This document shows, piece by piece, positions 52,702-62,768 of a stretch of DNA of 64,000 nucleotides (positions are counted from its first letter, which is position 1; each line of letters starts with the position of its first letter). Made by a program: the position numbers and the translations under genes. The stretch is from Candidatus Bathyarchaeota archaeon. GTDB taxonomy: Archaea > Thermoproteota > Bathyarchaeia > TCS64. The stretch spans positions 480,001 through 544,000 of the forward strand of contig CAVYLP010000006.1 in the NCBI GenBank assembly GCA_963769425.1, given 5' to 3'. The notes under the pieces are model-generated. The model made no database searches and was not told the origin of the DNA. It worked only from the letters and a program-made list of their open reading frames with translations.

Positions 52702-54075
52702 ATGAGGCTAGAGGCTGTCAAGGACCGCGGCATCTCCCACATGAGCTACTACCTAAGCGAAGGTGGGGAGGCCGTCGTCGTGGACCCGAGGAGGGACGTT
52801 GAGGTCTACATTAACCTCGCTAAGGAGGACTGCGCCAAGATCAAGTACGTCCTCGAGACCCATCGGAACGAGGACTACGTCGTCGGCAGCCTCGAGCTCA
52901 AGAAGGTGTCTGGAGCAGAGATTTGCCACAGCAAGGACCTCCCATTCGGCTACGGGGACCACAACCTCACGGAGAACGAGGTCATCAGCATCGGGAGGCT
53001 AAGGATCAGGGCCATCGCCACACCGGGGCACACCTTCGACAGTTTCTGCTACGCCGTTGTGGACTCGAAGTTGGGGCAGGAGCCGACTATGGTCTTCACG
53101 GGGGACACCCTCTTCTCCGGTGACGTGGGGAGGACCGATCTCGCCGGGCCCGAGCATCAATCAAACCTCTCCGGGTTACTCTTCGACAGCCTCCACGATA
53201 AGATACTCCCCCTTGGGGACCAAGCCATCGTCTACCCAGCACATACGGCTGGCAGCATCTGCGGGAGCAGGATCAGCGACAGGGATGTGACCACTGTTGG
53301 CATCGAGAGGAAGACGAACTCACTCCTTAACCTTGACAGAAAGGAGTTCATAAGAAACAGGGTCGAGAATCGCATGCTCCGGCCCCCCTACTTCACCCGG
53401 ATGGAGGAGTGGAACCTCAACGGCCCACCCCTCCTTCGGTACGCCACAGAGCCCAAGCACATACAGATAACGGACTTCGACTCCCTCTGGAGGCAGCCCG
53501 ACATCATCGTCATCGACACGAGGAACCCGGACGCCTTCGCCGCGAGTCACATACCCGACTCACTCAGTATCTGGCTCGAGGGCTCATCCTATCACCCCGG
53601 CTGGGTAGTTGGCCACGACAAGAGAATAATCCTCGTCGTGGAGAGGAGAGAGGACGCGGAGAAGGCGACAGCGTACCTGAGGAGGATAGGGCTCGACAAA
53701 GTGGTTGGCTACCTCTGTCCAGGTATCGACGGATGGAGGAACAGGGGGCGCCTAACCGAGTCCTTCGGCGTCCTCACTGCCCAAGACCTGAAGGACGTCC
53801 TCGGCAGGGATGCCGTGACCCTCATTGATGTTCGTGACCCAGAGGAGTACGCCTCGGGACACATACCTGGGGCCGCCAACATTTACGTAGGTAACATAGA
53901 TGCGGAGGCGGGAAACATCTCAGGCGAGAAGCCGGTCGTCGTCACCTGCAGCTGGGGCGGCAGGGCGAGCCTAGCCACCAGCATTCTGAAGCGCCGCGGC
54001 TTCAAGACCGTATCCAATCTCCTCGGTGGGATGAATGCTTGGAGGTCCCTGAACTACCCTCTCGAGAAGAGTTGA
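52702..54075 (+). CDS. MBL-fold hydrolase with two rhodanese domains (persulfide dioxygenase/CstB-like)
   Basis: DPRRD, ETHRNEDY, TPGHT, GDTLF..GRTDL, YPAH.AGS.CG, C-terminal CSWGGR. Confidence 0.88.
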   Translation: MRLEAVKDRGISHMSYYLSEGGEAVVVDPRRDVEVYINLAKEDCAKIKYVLETHRNEDYVVGSLELKKVSGAEICHSKDLPFGYGDHNLTENEVISIGRLRIRAIATPGHTFDSFCYAVVDSKLGQEPTMVFTGDTLFSGDVGRTDLAGPEHQSNLSGLLFDSLHDKILPLGDQAIVYPAHTAGSICGSRISDRDVTTVGIERKTNSLLNLDRKEFIRNRVENRMLRPPYFTRMEEWNLNGPPLLRYATEPKHIQITDFDSLWRQPDIIVIDTRNPDAFAASHIPDSLSIWLEGSSYHPGWVVGHDKRIILVVERREDAEKATAYLRRIGLDKVVGYLCPGIDGWRNRGRLTESFGVLTAQDLKDVLGRDAVTLIDVRDPEEYASGHIPGAANIYVGNIDAEAGNISGEKPVVVTCSWGGRASLATSILKRRGFKTVSNLLGGMNAWRSLNYPLEKS

Positions 54076-54112
54076 TCTAAGAGGGTTAAATCCCGCGGTT
54101 CAAAACTGTGGA

Positions 54113-54589
54113 GTGATGACTATGGTTGAAGTAGGCGTCAAGGTTCCAGAGTTCACACTCTTCGACTACGAGCTGAAGAAGCGTAGCCTCAAGGAGTTTA
54201 GGGGAAAGAAGCTGGTTCTCGCCTTCTTCCCAGGGGCTTACACAGGGGTCTGCGATAAGGAGATGTGCACCCTTCGAGACGCGTTGGCGAAGCTGGGTAA
54301 GTTAGATGCCCAGGTTATTGCCGTGAGCGTGAATGACCCATTCGCCCTGAAGGGCTTCCACGAGGATAACGCCCTAAACTTCCCCCTACTCAGCGACTAC
54401 ACCCGCGAAACCGTCAAGGCCTACGGGGTAGAGCTACCCGACTTCGCGGGGCTCAAGGGATACACCGTCGCCAAGAGGAGCGTCTTCATACTCGACGCCG
54501 ACGGCGTACTCAAGTGGAAATGGGTATCCAATGACCCAGGGGTTGAGCCCGACTACACCGAGATCGAGAGGCAGCTCAAGAAGTTCTGA
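54113..54589 (+). CDS. Peroxiredoxin (BCP/AhpE-like)
   Basis: FFPGAYTGVC..EMC, FPLLSD, RSVF. Confidence 0.9.
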   Translation: MMTMVEVGVKVPEFTLFDYELKKRSLKEFRGKKLVLAFFPGAYTGVCDKEMCTLRDALAKLGKLDAQVIAVSVNDPFALKGFHEDNALNFPLLSDYTRETVKAYGVELPDFAGLKGYTVAKRSVFILDADGVLKWKWVSNDPGVEPDYTEIERQLKKF

Positions 54590-54653
54590 GCGGGGCTAAA
54601 AACGGGCCAAATTTTATTAAGATACACTCCTCAGCGTACATGAGGTTCTATAA

Positions 54654-55004
54654 ATGAGGAGTTATGTCAGAATCTACGGCCCGCCGCTTCTCAAGGCCCT
54701 CAGGGCCCTCGAGAAGTTGGCGATCAGCACGTCGGAGGTGTGCATCATGGACTCGATGATCGAGACGGCTGCGCCCCAGTTCAACACGCAGGAGGGTATC
54801 ATGAATTACTTCTCGGCCGTCGGTGGCATCCCGGAGAAGCGCTGCGGCACGATACTCGCCAAGAGCGGTATAAAGATGGGTGACGTCGACTTCGTCTTCG
54901 AGTGGTTCAAGGAGCCGAAGGTCGAGCAGATCAACATGCTCATCGGGCAGATTGATGAGGTGTTGGCGCCGCTCGGCGTACAGTACACCATTGCAACGAA
55001 GTGA
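54654..55004 (+). CDS. Hypothetical protein
   Basis: Clean ORF with genome-typical codon usage, AT-rich promoter-like upstream and T-run downstream. Confidence 0.65.
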   Translation: MRSYVRIYGPPLLKALRALEKLAISTSEVCIMDSMIETAAPQFNTQEGIMNYFSAVGGIPEKRCGTILAKSGIKMGDVDFVFEWFKEPKVEQINMLIGQIDEVLAPLGVQYTIATK

Positions 55005-55059
55005 GGGGGCTTTCCTCTCTTCTTTTTTTAGAATCCCCCAATAGATAGAGCGTACTGAT

Positions 55060-56442
55060 TTATTGGCTGTTTTGCCCCGGTTTCTGGAGGTGCCAGACGC
55101 ACCGCTGCACGACCTCGGATAGGGCCGGATGGATGTGCATCGAGTCCACGAGGGGGTAGACCGAGCCGTCGCCCGCGTTCATCGCGACTATGACCTCGTG
55201 TATGAGGATGGGGGCCTGTGGGCCGACTATGTGGCAGCCGAGTATCTTGTATGTCTTCTCCTCGACGAGCATCTTAACGAAGCCCTCCTTATCCCCCATC
55301 GCGTCGCCGTATGCCGTATCTGAGAATGGGTAGACGCTGACGAGGTACTTCAGACGGCGCTTAGCGGCCTCCTCTTCGGTTATGCCCACGCCGGCGACCT
55401 CGGGCCAGCTGAAGACCGCGTAGGGGACCTTGTCGTAGTCGAGCGCTTGCCTGTGGCCGTCCTCGTAGGCGTGCCAAACGAGCTCTGCCTCCCTGTTTGC
55501 CACGTGTTTGAACATGGCCTTTCCCGTTGCGTCACCGAAGGCCCAGATGCGGGGCTTCGAGGTCTCGAAGAACTCGTTCACGGTGATGTAGCCGCGGTCA
55601 TCCGCCTTCACCCCTGTTTTCTCGGTCTTGAGGATGTCTGAGTTTCCCCTGAGGCCCGAAGCTATGAGGAGGGTTTCGGCCTCTATGGTCTTCTCGCCCT
55701 TCGCATCGGCGACGGTCACCGCTTTAATTCCCCTCATTTCGGTGACGCTCTTCACCTCGGTGGATGTGAGGATGCTCATGCGTGTGCCCAGGGCTCGTGT
55801 GATGGTCTCGCCTATCTCTGGCTCGGTTTGGCGGAGGAGGGTTGGACTTCGGCTGATTATCGTGACCTCAGCACCGATGGCGCTGAAGAAGTGGGCGAGC
55901 TCGCACGAGATGTACCCCCCGCCTGCTATGATCATGCTCCTCGGCGGAGCCTCTAGGTCGAAGACGTTCCTGTAGGTGAGGTACGGCACGTTCTCGATGC
56001 CCTTGATCGGGGGAATCTCCGGTCTCGCCCCGGATACGAGAAAGATATCCTTCGCCTCGATGGTGTCCTCCCCCACCTTCATCTTATAGTCGCCGACGAA
56101 TTCGCCCTGCAACGGGTAGTAGGTTAAGTTAGGGACCTTTGATACGCTCTCCTCCATGTGGTGCCTATCGTGGCCGACGCTGGCGCGCATCCTCTCCATG
56201 ATGGCTTTGAAGTCTATCTTGTCGATGGTCGCTTTGACGCCGAGGGCGGAGACACGTCTCGCTTCCTGGACGACGTCAGTGGGGTAGATTATCATCTTGC
56301 TGGGGATGCAGCCCCTGTTGAGGCAAGTGCCGCCGAGTGGGTCCTTGTCGACGAGGGCTACCCTGAGCCCCTTGTTTATTGCACCCTCAACGATGGTCAT
56401 GCCTGAGCCGGAGCCGACCACGAGGACGTCGAAGCGCTCCAT
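55060..56442 (-). CDS. Dihydrolipoamide dehydrogenase-family flavoprotein disulfide reductase
   Basis: GSGSG, GGTCLNRGCIPSK, GGGYI, HIHPALSE. Confidence 0.9.
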   Translation of the reverse strand: MERFDVLVVGSGSGMTIVEGAINKGLRVALVDKDPLGGTCLNRGCIPSKMIIYPTDVVQEARRVSALGVKATIDKIDFKAIMERMRASVGHDRHHMEESVSKVPNLTYYPLQGEFVGDYKMKVGEDTIEAKDIFLVSGARPEIPPIKGIENVPYLTYRNVFDLEAPPRSMIIAGGGYISCELAHFFSAIGAEVTIISRSPTLLRQTEPEIGETITRALGTRMSILTSTEVKSVTEMRGIKAVTVADAKGEKTIEAETLLIASGLRGNSDILKTEKTGVKADDRGYITVNEFFETSKPRIWAFGDATGKAMFKHVANREAELVWHAYEDGHRQALDYDKVPYAVFSWPEVAGVGITEEEAAKRRLKYLVSVYPFSDTAYGDAMGDKEGFVKMLVEEKTYKILGCHIVGPQAPILIHEVIVAMNAGDGSVYPLVDSMHIHPALSEVVQRCVWHLQKPGQNSQ

Positions 56443-56478
56443 GGCTCTGGGAGTGGAGGGGCGGATAAAATAGGTTGT

Positions 56479-57714
56479 CTACTCCAGCTTTACGGCGCCG
56501 TACTTGTTGTAGTAGTCGAGCCAGAGCCTCTTCATCTCGGGGTCAAGGCCATCCTTGATGAGGCCGTAGATTGTTTTAATGTTCTGTATGCTGAAGACCT
56601 TGATTCCGAGGGTTTCCTCGATGCTCTCGCTTGGGGTCTTCTCCTCTATGTGCTCGGCGTCACCCATCTTCTCCTGCCTGTCGACGGCGATGACTAGGCC
56701 CACGACTTTGTGGTCCTCCAGCAGGTGGAGCTTCTCGAACGTGTCGATCTTCGTGGCGCCTGTGGTGATGGTGTCGTCGACGACGAGGATGCGCTGCCCT
56801 GGCTTGTAGTAACCGGCGCCGACGATTACCTTGTCGGCGGTCATGTCGCCGTAGCTCTTCTCCTCCTTCCTGTCGTACATGAAGCGCTTCTTCATGCCGT
56901 AGAGTTCGCGGAGCCCCTCGCAGGTAAGGGCTGCTAGGCTGATGCCCTTGTAGCTGGGGCCGAAAACGTAGTCGAAGTCGTGTATCTCACCCTTCTCGAC
57001 CTGCAGGGCGATGTAGCTTGCGAAGGCCCACTTAAGCTTGGCGAGGCTCTCGCCGTCTGTGAGGGCGCCGAGGTTTACGAAGTAGGGGCTCTTGCGTCCG
57101 CTCTTCAGCGTGAAGGGCTCCTTGGGGGTGGGCTGGAACCGGAGTGCGCCACCCTTCACGAGGGCGTCGAGGAGGACTCTCTCTATCTTCTCTTGGCTGA
57201 CCAACCCGCTGCCCTCCATAGCGATTCCGTCTTTGGTGAGTTGTTCGAGTATAGGGCCGTAGTAGGTGACGCTACCACAGTATGTACAGTTGAGCTTCGT
57301 CTCCTCGATTCTTTCACCTTTCTCGACCTTGAAGATGGTCTTGGGGGGCGTGTAGGGAGTGTTCGTCGGGCAGAGGGGGTTGGGGCACCTGAAGATGCCC
57401 TCGACCTGTTTCGGGAGTTGTATCTTCCTCTTCTCTTTTACGTCCCAGTCCTGGATTATGTTCAATGTGGCATCTGGGGCCAGGAATGCTATGAGGTCTA
57501 TCTGCCTGTTAGTTAGGTACGTGCCCTCGACCTTAATGAGGTCCTTACGTCCCATCGTCTTACTGTCCACGTTTTGTGCTATGAATGCCTGAGCATCCGG
57601 CTCTATCTTCAGAAGGCGAAGTATTTGGAAAGCTTTCCCCGCGGGGATGTGATCTATGACGATGCCGTTGTCTATCTTACTGACGAGGAGCTCCCGCTTG
57701 CTCGTAGAATCCAC
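56479..57714 (-). CDS. pyrI-pyrE: Fusion of aspartate carbamoyltransferase regulatory chain (PyrI) and orotate phosphoribosyltransferase (PyrE)
   Basis: N-terminal NGIVIDHI.AG, KD.IKVE, CPNPLCPTN, CTYC; C-terminal FTLKSGRKSPYF, GPSYKGI, DRKEEK.YG, VDDTITTG; single continuous frame. Confidence 0.9.
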   Translation of the reverse strand: MDSTSKRELLVSKIDNGIVIDHIPAGKAFQILRLLKIEPDAQAFIAQNVDSKTMGRKDLIKVEGTYLTNRQIDLIAFLAPDATLNIIQDWDVKEKRKIQLPKQVEGIFRCPNPLCPTNTPYTPPKTIFKVEKGERIEETKLNCTYCGSVTYYGPILEQLTKDGIAMEGSGLVSQEKIERVLLDALVKGGALRFQPTPKEPFTLKSGRKSPYFVNLGALTDGESLAKLKWAFASYIALQVEKGEIHDFDYVFGPSYKGISLAALTCEGLRELYGMKKRFMYDRKEEKSYGDMTADKVIVGAGYYKPGQRILVVDDTITTGATKIDTFEKLHLLEDHKVVGLVIAVDRQEKMGDAEHIEEKTPSESIEETLGIKVFSIQNIKTIYGLIKDGLDPEMKRLWLDYYNKYGAVKLE

Positions 57715-57813
57715 CCGGTTCAATCCCGTGGCAGATATGTAAAAACTTATCTGATGCCCGCTGGGGGTTTGAGGGTTTAAATTAGTGGTCCGCATTGGTA
57801 TCGGCGAGCCCCG

Positions 57814-59013
57814 TTGAAGCCGGAGACTCGAGAATACGTCCTGATGATCATCGGCGGGACGCTGACTATGTCCGCGGGAGGCATAGTGCAGCCGGTCTTC
57901 GCTCAGTTCGTGAGCTGGGAGTTCTCTGCACCAATCTTTCTCGTCGGACTCGCCGTTTCCGGTTACTTCGTCGTGAGGATGCTGGCGGAGTTCCCGATCG
58001 GAGTGCTGAGCGACAAGATCGCGCTGAGGAAGCTCCTCATTGCGGGCGTTTCTTCGGGATCGCGGGCGCCATAGCCTGCTACTTTACGAGCAACATCTAG
58101 GTCCTGATCGTGGCACGTGCCCTCTGGGGGTTGGGGGACGTGAGCTTCTTCTGCATAGGCATGACCTATGTAGGGAGCCTTCCCAAATACAACGAGGGGG
58201 AGGTACCTTGGCATCTTCCAAGCGGTGGAACTGACGGGAAGCTTTCTGGGTCAAACGGCTGGTGGGTTTCTCGCCTCAGCAATCGGGATTCGACCCGACT
58301 TCTTGGTCAGCACCGCCGTGGGTTTCACGGCTCTAGGTGTTGTGTTTTTTATTCGTGGCAGTGGGTCGCAGCCGAAGCTCGGTCGCCTTTCCTCATTACT
58401 GCCAAGCCGCTCTGTTTTTAATCGGTTGTTTAACAGGACCCTAGTCGCGTGCTGCCTCATCAACTTCGTCTGTATGACGATGAATAATGGTCTCATGTGG
58501 ACACTGATGCCTCTTTATGCGACTGGGCAGCTTGCCTTCAGCCTTGCCGGTTATGGAGTCCTTGTTTCTTTGAGCACTATATGGAATGTCTTCGGGAGCT
58601 TCTCAGGGGGACTCTCTGACAAGTTCGGGAGGAGAAGGGTGTTAGCCGGTGGGTTCGTTATTGGAGCACTCAGTTTAATCGGCCTTGCCTTAACGGCTTC
58701 GTTTGATGCGATGCTTCCACTTATGTTCGTGAATGGGCTTTTCTGGGGGATAGTTTATGGTGTGACGCCTGCCTTCATAGCGGACTCAGTCCCTGGTGAA
58801 TACAGAGGTATGGCCATCGGTACCTACTGTACATTCTTCGACTTCGGGGGGGTTGCTGGTCTTATTATTTACTCCTCTTTATTGACATTCGTGAGCCCAC
58901 CCTTCGGTTACGTTCTGGCGTTCTATTTTGGAGCAGCGACCCTAATGCTCAACTTATTGCTCGTACTTCAATTGAAGGAAAATTTGAAACCTCAGGATAT
59001 CGGTTCTGCGTAA
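57814..59013 (+). pseudogene. MFS transporter pseudogene
   Basis: Three fragments in different frames plus an in-frame TAG at ~58098; G.LSDK motifs in both halves. Confidence 0.78.
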
Positions 59014-59032
59014 AACGCTAATGAAAATCTTG

Positions 59033-59809
59033 TCACCAGGCTGTATAGCCTCCATCGATCAGGATTGTCGATCCTGTCACGTAGCTGGAGGCTTCCGAGG
59101 CGAGAAATATCGCAAGTGGCGCTAATTCCTCTGGTTTACCGGGGCGTCTCATGGGTATGCTCTCTATCCAAGTGGGGCCATACGCGGGGTCGTCGAAGGC
59201 TTTGTGAGTCATCGCGGTGTCCATGTAGCCAGGAGCGATAGCGTTGACCCTGATGTTATATGGCGCCCATTCGACGGCGAGGCTCCTAGTAAGATGGATG
59301 ACGGCGGCTTTGGAGGTGTTGTAGCTAGCTTGCGGCTGAGGGTGGTTTACTATGTAGCCTGACATGGAGGCTATGTTGATGATGCGGCCTCTTCGCTGCT
59401 TTATCATCTGACGCCCTGCGGCTTGGCTGCAGTAGAATAACCCATTGAGGTTGACGTTGATGACGTCTTCCCAGTCCTTCTCTGTTACGGACTCGGCTGG
59501 GCACCATTTCGTGATGCCCGCATTGTTCACAAGGAAATCTAAATGCCCGAATCGCTCAACTGTCTTCTCAACCATCGCCTCAATGCTTAATCGGTTCTTC
59601 ACATCGGTCTCGACGAAGAGGGCCTCACCGCCGTTTGTTTCGATCTCCTTGGTGGTCTCTGGGCCTGTGTCTGGGTTGAGTTCAGCGACTACAACTTTGG
59701 CCCCCATTTCAGCGAATGCTAGGCTGAATACCTTGCCGAGTCCTTGTCCTCCGCCCGTGACTACGCCTATTTGTCCCTTTAATGAGAACTTGTCTAATAG
59801 AGCTCCCAC
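59033..59809 (-). CDS. SDR family oxidoreductase (sugar/polyol dehydrogenase-like)
   Basis: TGGGQGLG, NNAG, SMSG..VN.PQ.Q..YNTSK. Confidence 0.92.
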   Translation of the reverse strand: MGALLDKFSLKGQIGVVTGGGQGLGKVFSLAFAEMGAKVVVAELNPDTGPETTKEIETNGGEALFVETDVKNRLSIEAMVEKTVERFGHLDFLVNNAGITKWCPAESVTEKDWEDVINVNLNGLFYCSQAAGRQMIKQRRGRIINIASMSGYIVNHPQPQASYNTSKAAVIHLTRSLAVEWAPYNIRVNAIAPGYMDTAMTHKAFDDPAYGPTWIESIPMRRPGKPEELAPLAIFLASEASSYVTGSTILIDGGYTAW

Positions 59810-59856
59810 GTGGAGTTCACCTAATATATTTGTGCCTATCTTGTTGAAAAGGTGAG

Positions 59857-60726
59857 CTAGTCCGCATCGCTGTGAGCTCTTGGTGGCTCGACGTGTATAG
59901 TGAGGCTGACCTCGGGGAGCTCCTTGTGGAGATCCTCTTCTAGGTGTTTAGTGAGGTCATGGGCCTTCTGAACGGTAATGTTGGGGTCCACGGTGAGGTG
60001 GAGTTCGGCGAATACTTTGTTCCCACTTCTTCGGGTCTTCACATTGTGGTAGTCGACGAACTCTGGGTGATGCTCATTGAGGAGTTCCTCGATCTTCCGC
60101 TGCTCTTCATCCGCAGCCTGGTCGAGCAGACCGCTGCCCGCCTTTAACACTAGGTCGGTTCCCATCTTGAAGACTAATATCGCCACTACAAGAGCGAGGA
60201 GTGGGTCTAGTATCGTCCATCCCGTGAGGCTCGCTATGAATAGACCGATGACAACGCCGATTGATGAGACGACGTCGGAGAGTAGGTGTTTTGCGTCGCC
60301 TTCGAGTGCCATCGAGCCATGTTTCTTGGATGATCTCATCAGGTACATCGAGAGACCGGCGTTTGTGGCTGTTGCGAGGATAGAGATAGCTAGTGCGAGA
60401 TCTAGGCTACCTAGCTGAACGGGGTTGAAGAGCCTACCTATCGCTGTGTAGGCGATTAGTAAGCCGGCTACTATGACGAGTGCCCCTTCAATGAAGGCGG
60501 AAATGTTCTCGACCTTCTGGTGACCGTAAGGATGATCCATGTCCGCGGGTGTTCCTGAGATGCGTACGGAGATGACCATCATGAAGGAGGCGATGATGTT
60601 CACTATCGACTCCAGGGCGTCGGATAATAGGGCTACGGATCCAGAGAGGAAGAATGCGGCTAACTTAAGGCAGAATACGATGAAACCGCCGATGACGGCC
60701 ATCGTAGCTGACTGGTTCTTACTCAC
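59857..60726 (-). CDS. Cation diffusion facilitator (CDF) transporter
   Basis: SVALLSDALES, D.DHPYGH.K.E, HLLSD, HVEP. Confidence 0.93.
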   Translation of the reverse strand: MSKNQSATMAVIGGFIVFCLKLAAFFLSGSVALLSDALESIVNIIASFMMVISVRISGTPADMDHPYGHQKVENISAFIEGALVIVAGLLIAYTAIGRLFNPVQLGSLDLALAISILATATNAGLSMYLMRSSKKHGSMALEGDAKHLLSDVVSSIGVVIGLFIASLTGWTILDPLLALVVAILVFKMGTDLVLKAGSGLLDQAADEEQRKIEELLNEHHPEFVDYHNVKTRRSGNKVFAELHLTVDPNITVQKAHDLTKHLEEDLHKELPEVSLTIHVEPPRAHSDAD

Positions 60727-60840
60727 CCTTTTACACCTAACGGTAGCTTAGTCTCTCCCCAAGGCGTGGTAAAAAGATTGTTATCTTCCAAATCCATAAG
60801 AGGGATATAGGAAATACAAGGGTGTAGTGCTGGGTTGGTC

Positions 60841-61620
60841 ATGGGGAAGGCTAAGGTTGATTCCCTCGAGGATCTGAGAAAGGACCTAGCTGAAAGTGAG
60901 CGTAGATACAACGAGTTACTCGCCGATGTCGAGCATCGCGCTCATGAGATAGCTGTATCTGATTTCCAGACCGAGATGACTCGGGTCTCATCAGAGTTAG
61001 CTCATGACCTCAGAGGACCCCTACAGACAATTACGAACAGCCTATTCCTCATGGAGCGTAAGCCTGGGGATACAACGTACTTCCCTAAAATAGGTGAGGC
61101 ATTGAAGCAAGCGACCTCCCTGCTCGACGCCTTCAGGGAGTACTATCGGGGTTATGAAATAACACCGATGCAGGGCGACATCAACAAGTTACTAGAGAAG
61201 GCACTTGAGGATTCAGAGATCCCATCAACCATCAAGGTTTCGACTGATCTTGGTCAAGGTCTTCCACCGGCTATGCTGGACCTCATAAAGGTTAAACGAG
61301 TATTCTCGACAATCATCAAGAACGCCGTGGAGGCAATGCCTGACGGTGGTAGCTTAAGCATATCAACAAGACTTGTAGGAGACAAGATCCTATCGTCTTT
61401 TAGTGACACAGGGATTGGTATCCCGGAGGCGGCGCGTGAAAAGATTTTTGTGGCCTTCGGTCAGAAGAAGAAGGGCGGGTTCGGACTCGGGCTCGCAGCT
61501 GCGAAGAGGATAATCGAGGCCCACGGTGGTTCTATAACATTTGAGAGTGAGACGGGTAGGGGGACTACGTTCACAGTAGCTATGCCCGTTGGAAAGCATG
61601 AGTTACCGCGAAACATTTAG
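60841..61620 (+). CDS. Histidine kinase (HisKA + HATPase) without an obvious sensor domain
   Basis: AHDLRGPL, KNAVEAM, DTGIGI, GFGLGL, GTTF. Confidence 0.9.
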   Translation: MGKAKVDSLEDLRKDLAESERRYNELLADVEHRAHEIAVSDFQTEMTRVSSELAHDLRGPLQTITNSLFLMERKPGDTTYFPKIGEALKQATSLLDAFREYYRGYEITPMQGDINKLLEKALEDSEIPSTIKVSTDLGQGLPPAMLDLIKVKRVFSTIIKNAVEAMPDGGSLSISTRLVGDKILSSFSDTGIGIPEAAREKIFVAFGQKKKGGFGLGLAAAKRIIEAHGGSITFESETGRGTTFTVAMPVGKHELPRNI

Positions 61621-61647
61621 AAGCTCGAAAGTCCCCTGCTGAAATCC

Positions 61648-62712
61648 TTGGTCTCGATACCGAGTTCTGAGGCGCTCCGGAAAGCGATTCCGGGCGTTGC
61701 TTACTGTGTCGTAGTCGCACTTGCATCATTCCTCATCTGGGGTTTCTATAAACCAGTTAGCCCGTTGATGTGGGCATTCGTAATCAGCATCGCGGTCGCC
61801 AACGTCATTGGGTTCAGGAGCTCGATGAAGACGGGAATTGGTTTTTGCTCCGGGCAGCTATTGAGGTTCGGGGTGGCCGTCCTCGGTTTTGTGACGAGTG
61901 CTCTAATCTGGACGAGGGTTGGTGTCGGAGTCGTCGCAGCCTTCGTTGTGATCATTGCGGCGTTGAGCCTGAGTCTCTGGCTCGGCTCTAGGTTGGGGCT
62001 CGGCCACCGGCTTGCATCGCTGATTGGCGTTGGTACGGCGATCTGTGGCGCCTCGGCCATCGCTGCCCTAACTCCCGCGATCGGCGCCAAGGAGGAGGAG
62101 TCTGGCCTCGCGGTCGCTGGTATAACCCTGTTCGGGCTCGTCTCGATGTTTCTCTACCCCTTCCTCTTCCTCAACACGCCGGTAAATGGACTCCTTGGAG
62201 GGAATTTGAATGCCTATTCCATCTGGGTCGGAGCAGGTGTGCATGAGACAGCGCAGGTAATCGCTGCGGCGGGGGCGGTCAACGAGGCAGCTGTTCAGGC
62301 GGCGATGCTGATCAAGTCTGTGAGGATATTCATGATAGGACCTGTTGTCTTCCTCCTGTCGTGGTACTGCTCAACATGCGAGAAGAAGGTTGGTGGGGCT
62401 AAGTCTTTCGTCGTCCCCCTTTTCGCCGTGGCCTTCACAGTTGGGTCGTTGGTCTGCGCCTTCCTGGACGTGAACACAGCCTCGCTTCTGGGTGCGGGCA
62501 TCGACTGGGTGGCCATAAAGGGCTACGTCTCGGGAACTCTCCTCCCCTTCTTCTTTGCTACCGCCTTCGCAGGGGTCGGCTCCAAGGTGAGCTTCAAGAG
62601 TATAGCCGCTTTGGGAGCTAAGCCGATACTCGTCGCGGCGACGGTTGCCGTGACCGCGGGTGTGCTCGCCTTCGTCACAGCGGTCCTTCTCCTGCCCTAC
62701 ATCGCCGTCTAA
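61648..62712 (+). CDS. YeiH/PSE (putative sulfate exporter) family membrane protein
   Basis: LLRFGVAVLG, GTAICGASAI, G..VHETAQV, K..R. Confidence 0.88.
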   Translation: MVSIPSSEALRKAIPGVAYCVVVALASFLIWGFYKPVSPLMWAFVISIAVANVIGFRSSMKTGIGFCSGQLLRFGVAVLGFVTSALIWTRVGVGVVAAFVVIIAALSLSLWLGSRLGLGHRLASLIGVGTAICGASAIAALTPAIGAKEEESGLAVAGITLFGLVSMFLYPFLFLNTPVNGLLGGNLNAYSIWVGAGVHETAQVIAAAGAVNEAAVQAAMLIKSVRIFMIGPVVFLLSWYCSTCEKKVGGAKSFVVPLFAVAFTVGSLVCAFLDVNTASLLGAGIDWVAIKGYVSGTLLPFFFATAFAGVGSKVSFKSIAALGAKPILVAATVAVTAGVLAFVTAVLLLPYIAV

Positions 62713-62768
62713 GGGCTCCGGCTTCGATAGGCGTTTATCACGCAACGCCCTGATATTTCCTGATCCTC

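Noticed and set aside
58095-58103. In-frame TAG in the MFS gene as pyrrolysine or readthrough
   Set aside because: The same gene has two additional frameshifts, so decay (probably TGG>TAG) is simpler; no pyl genes are in the window
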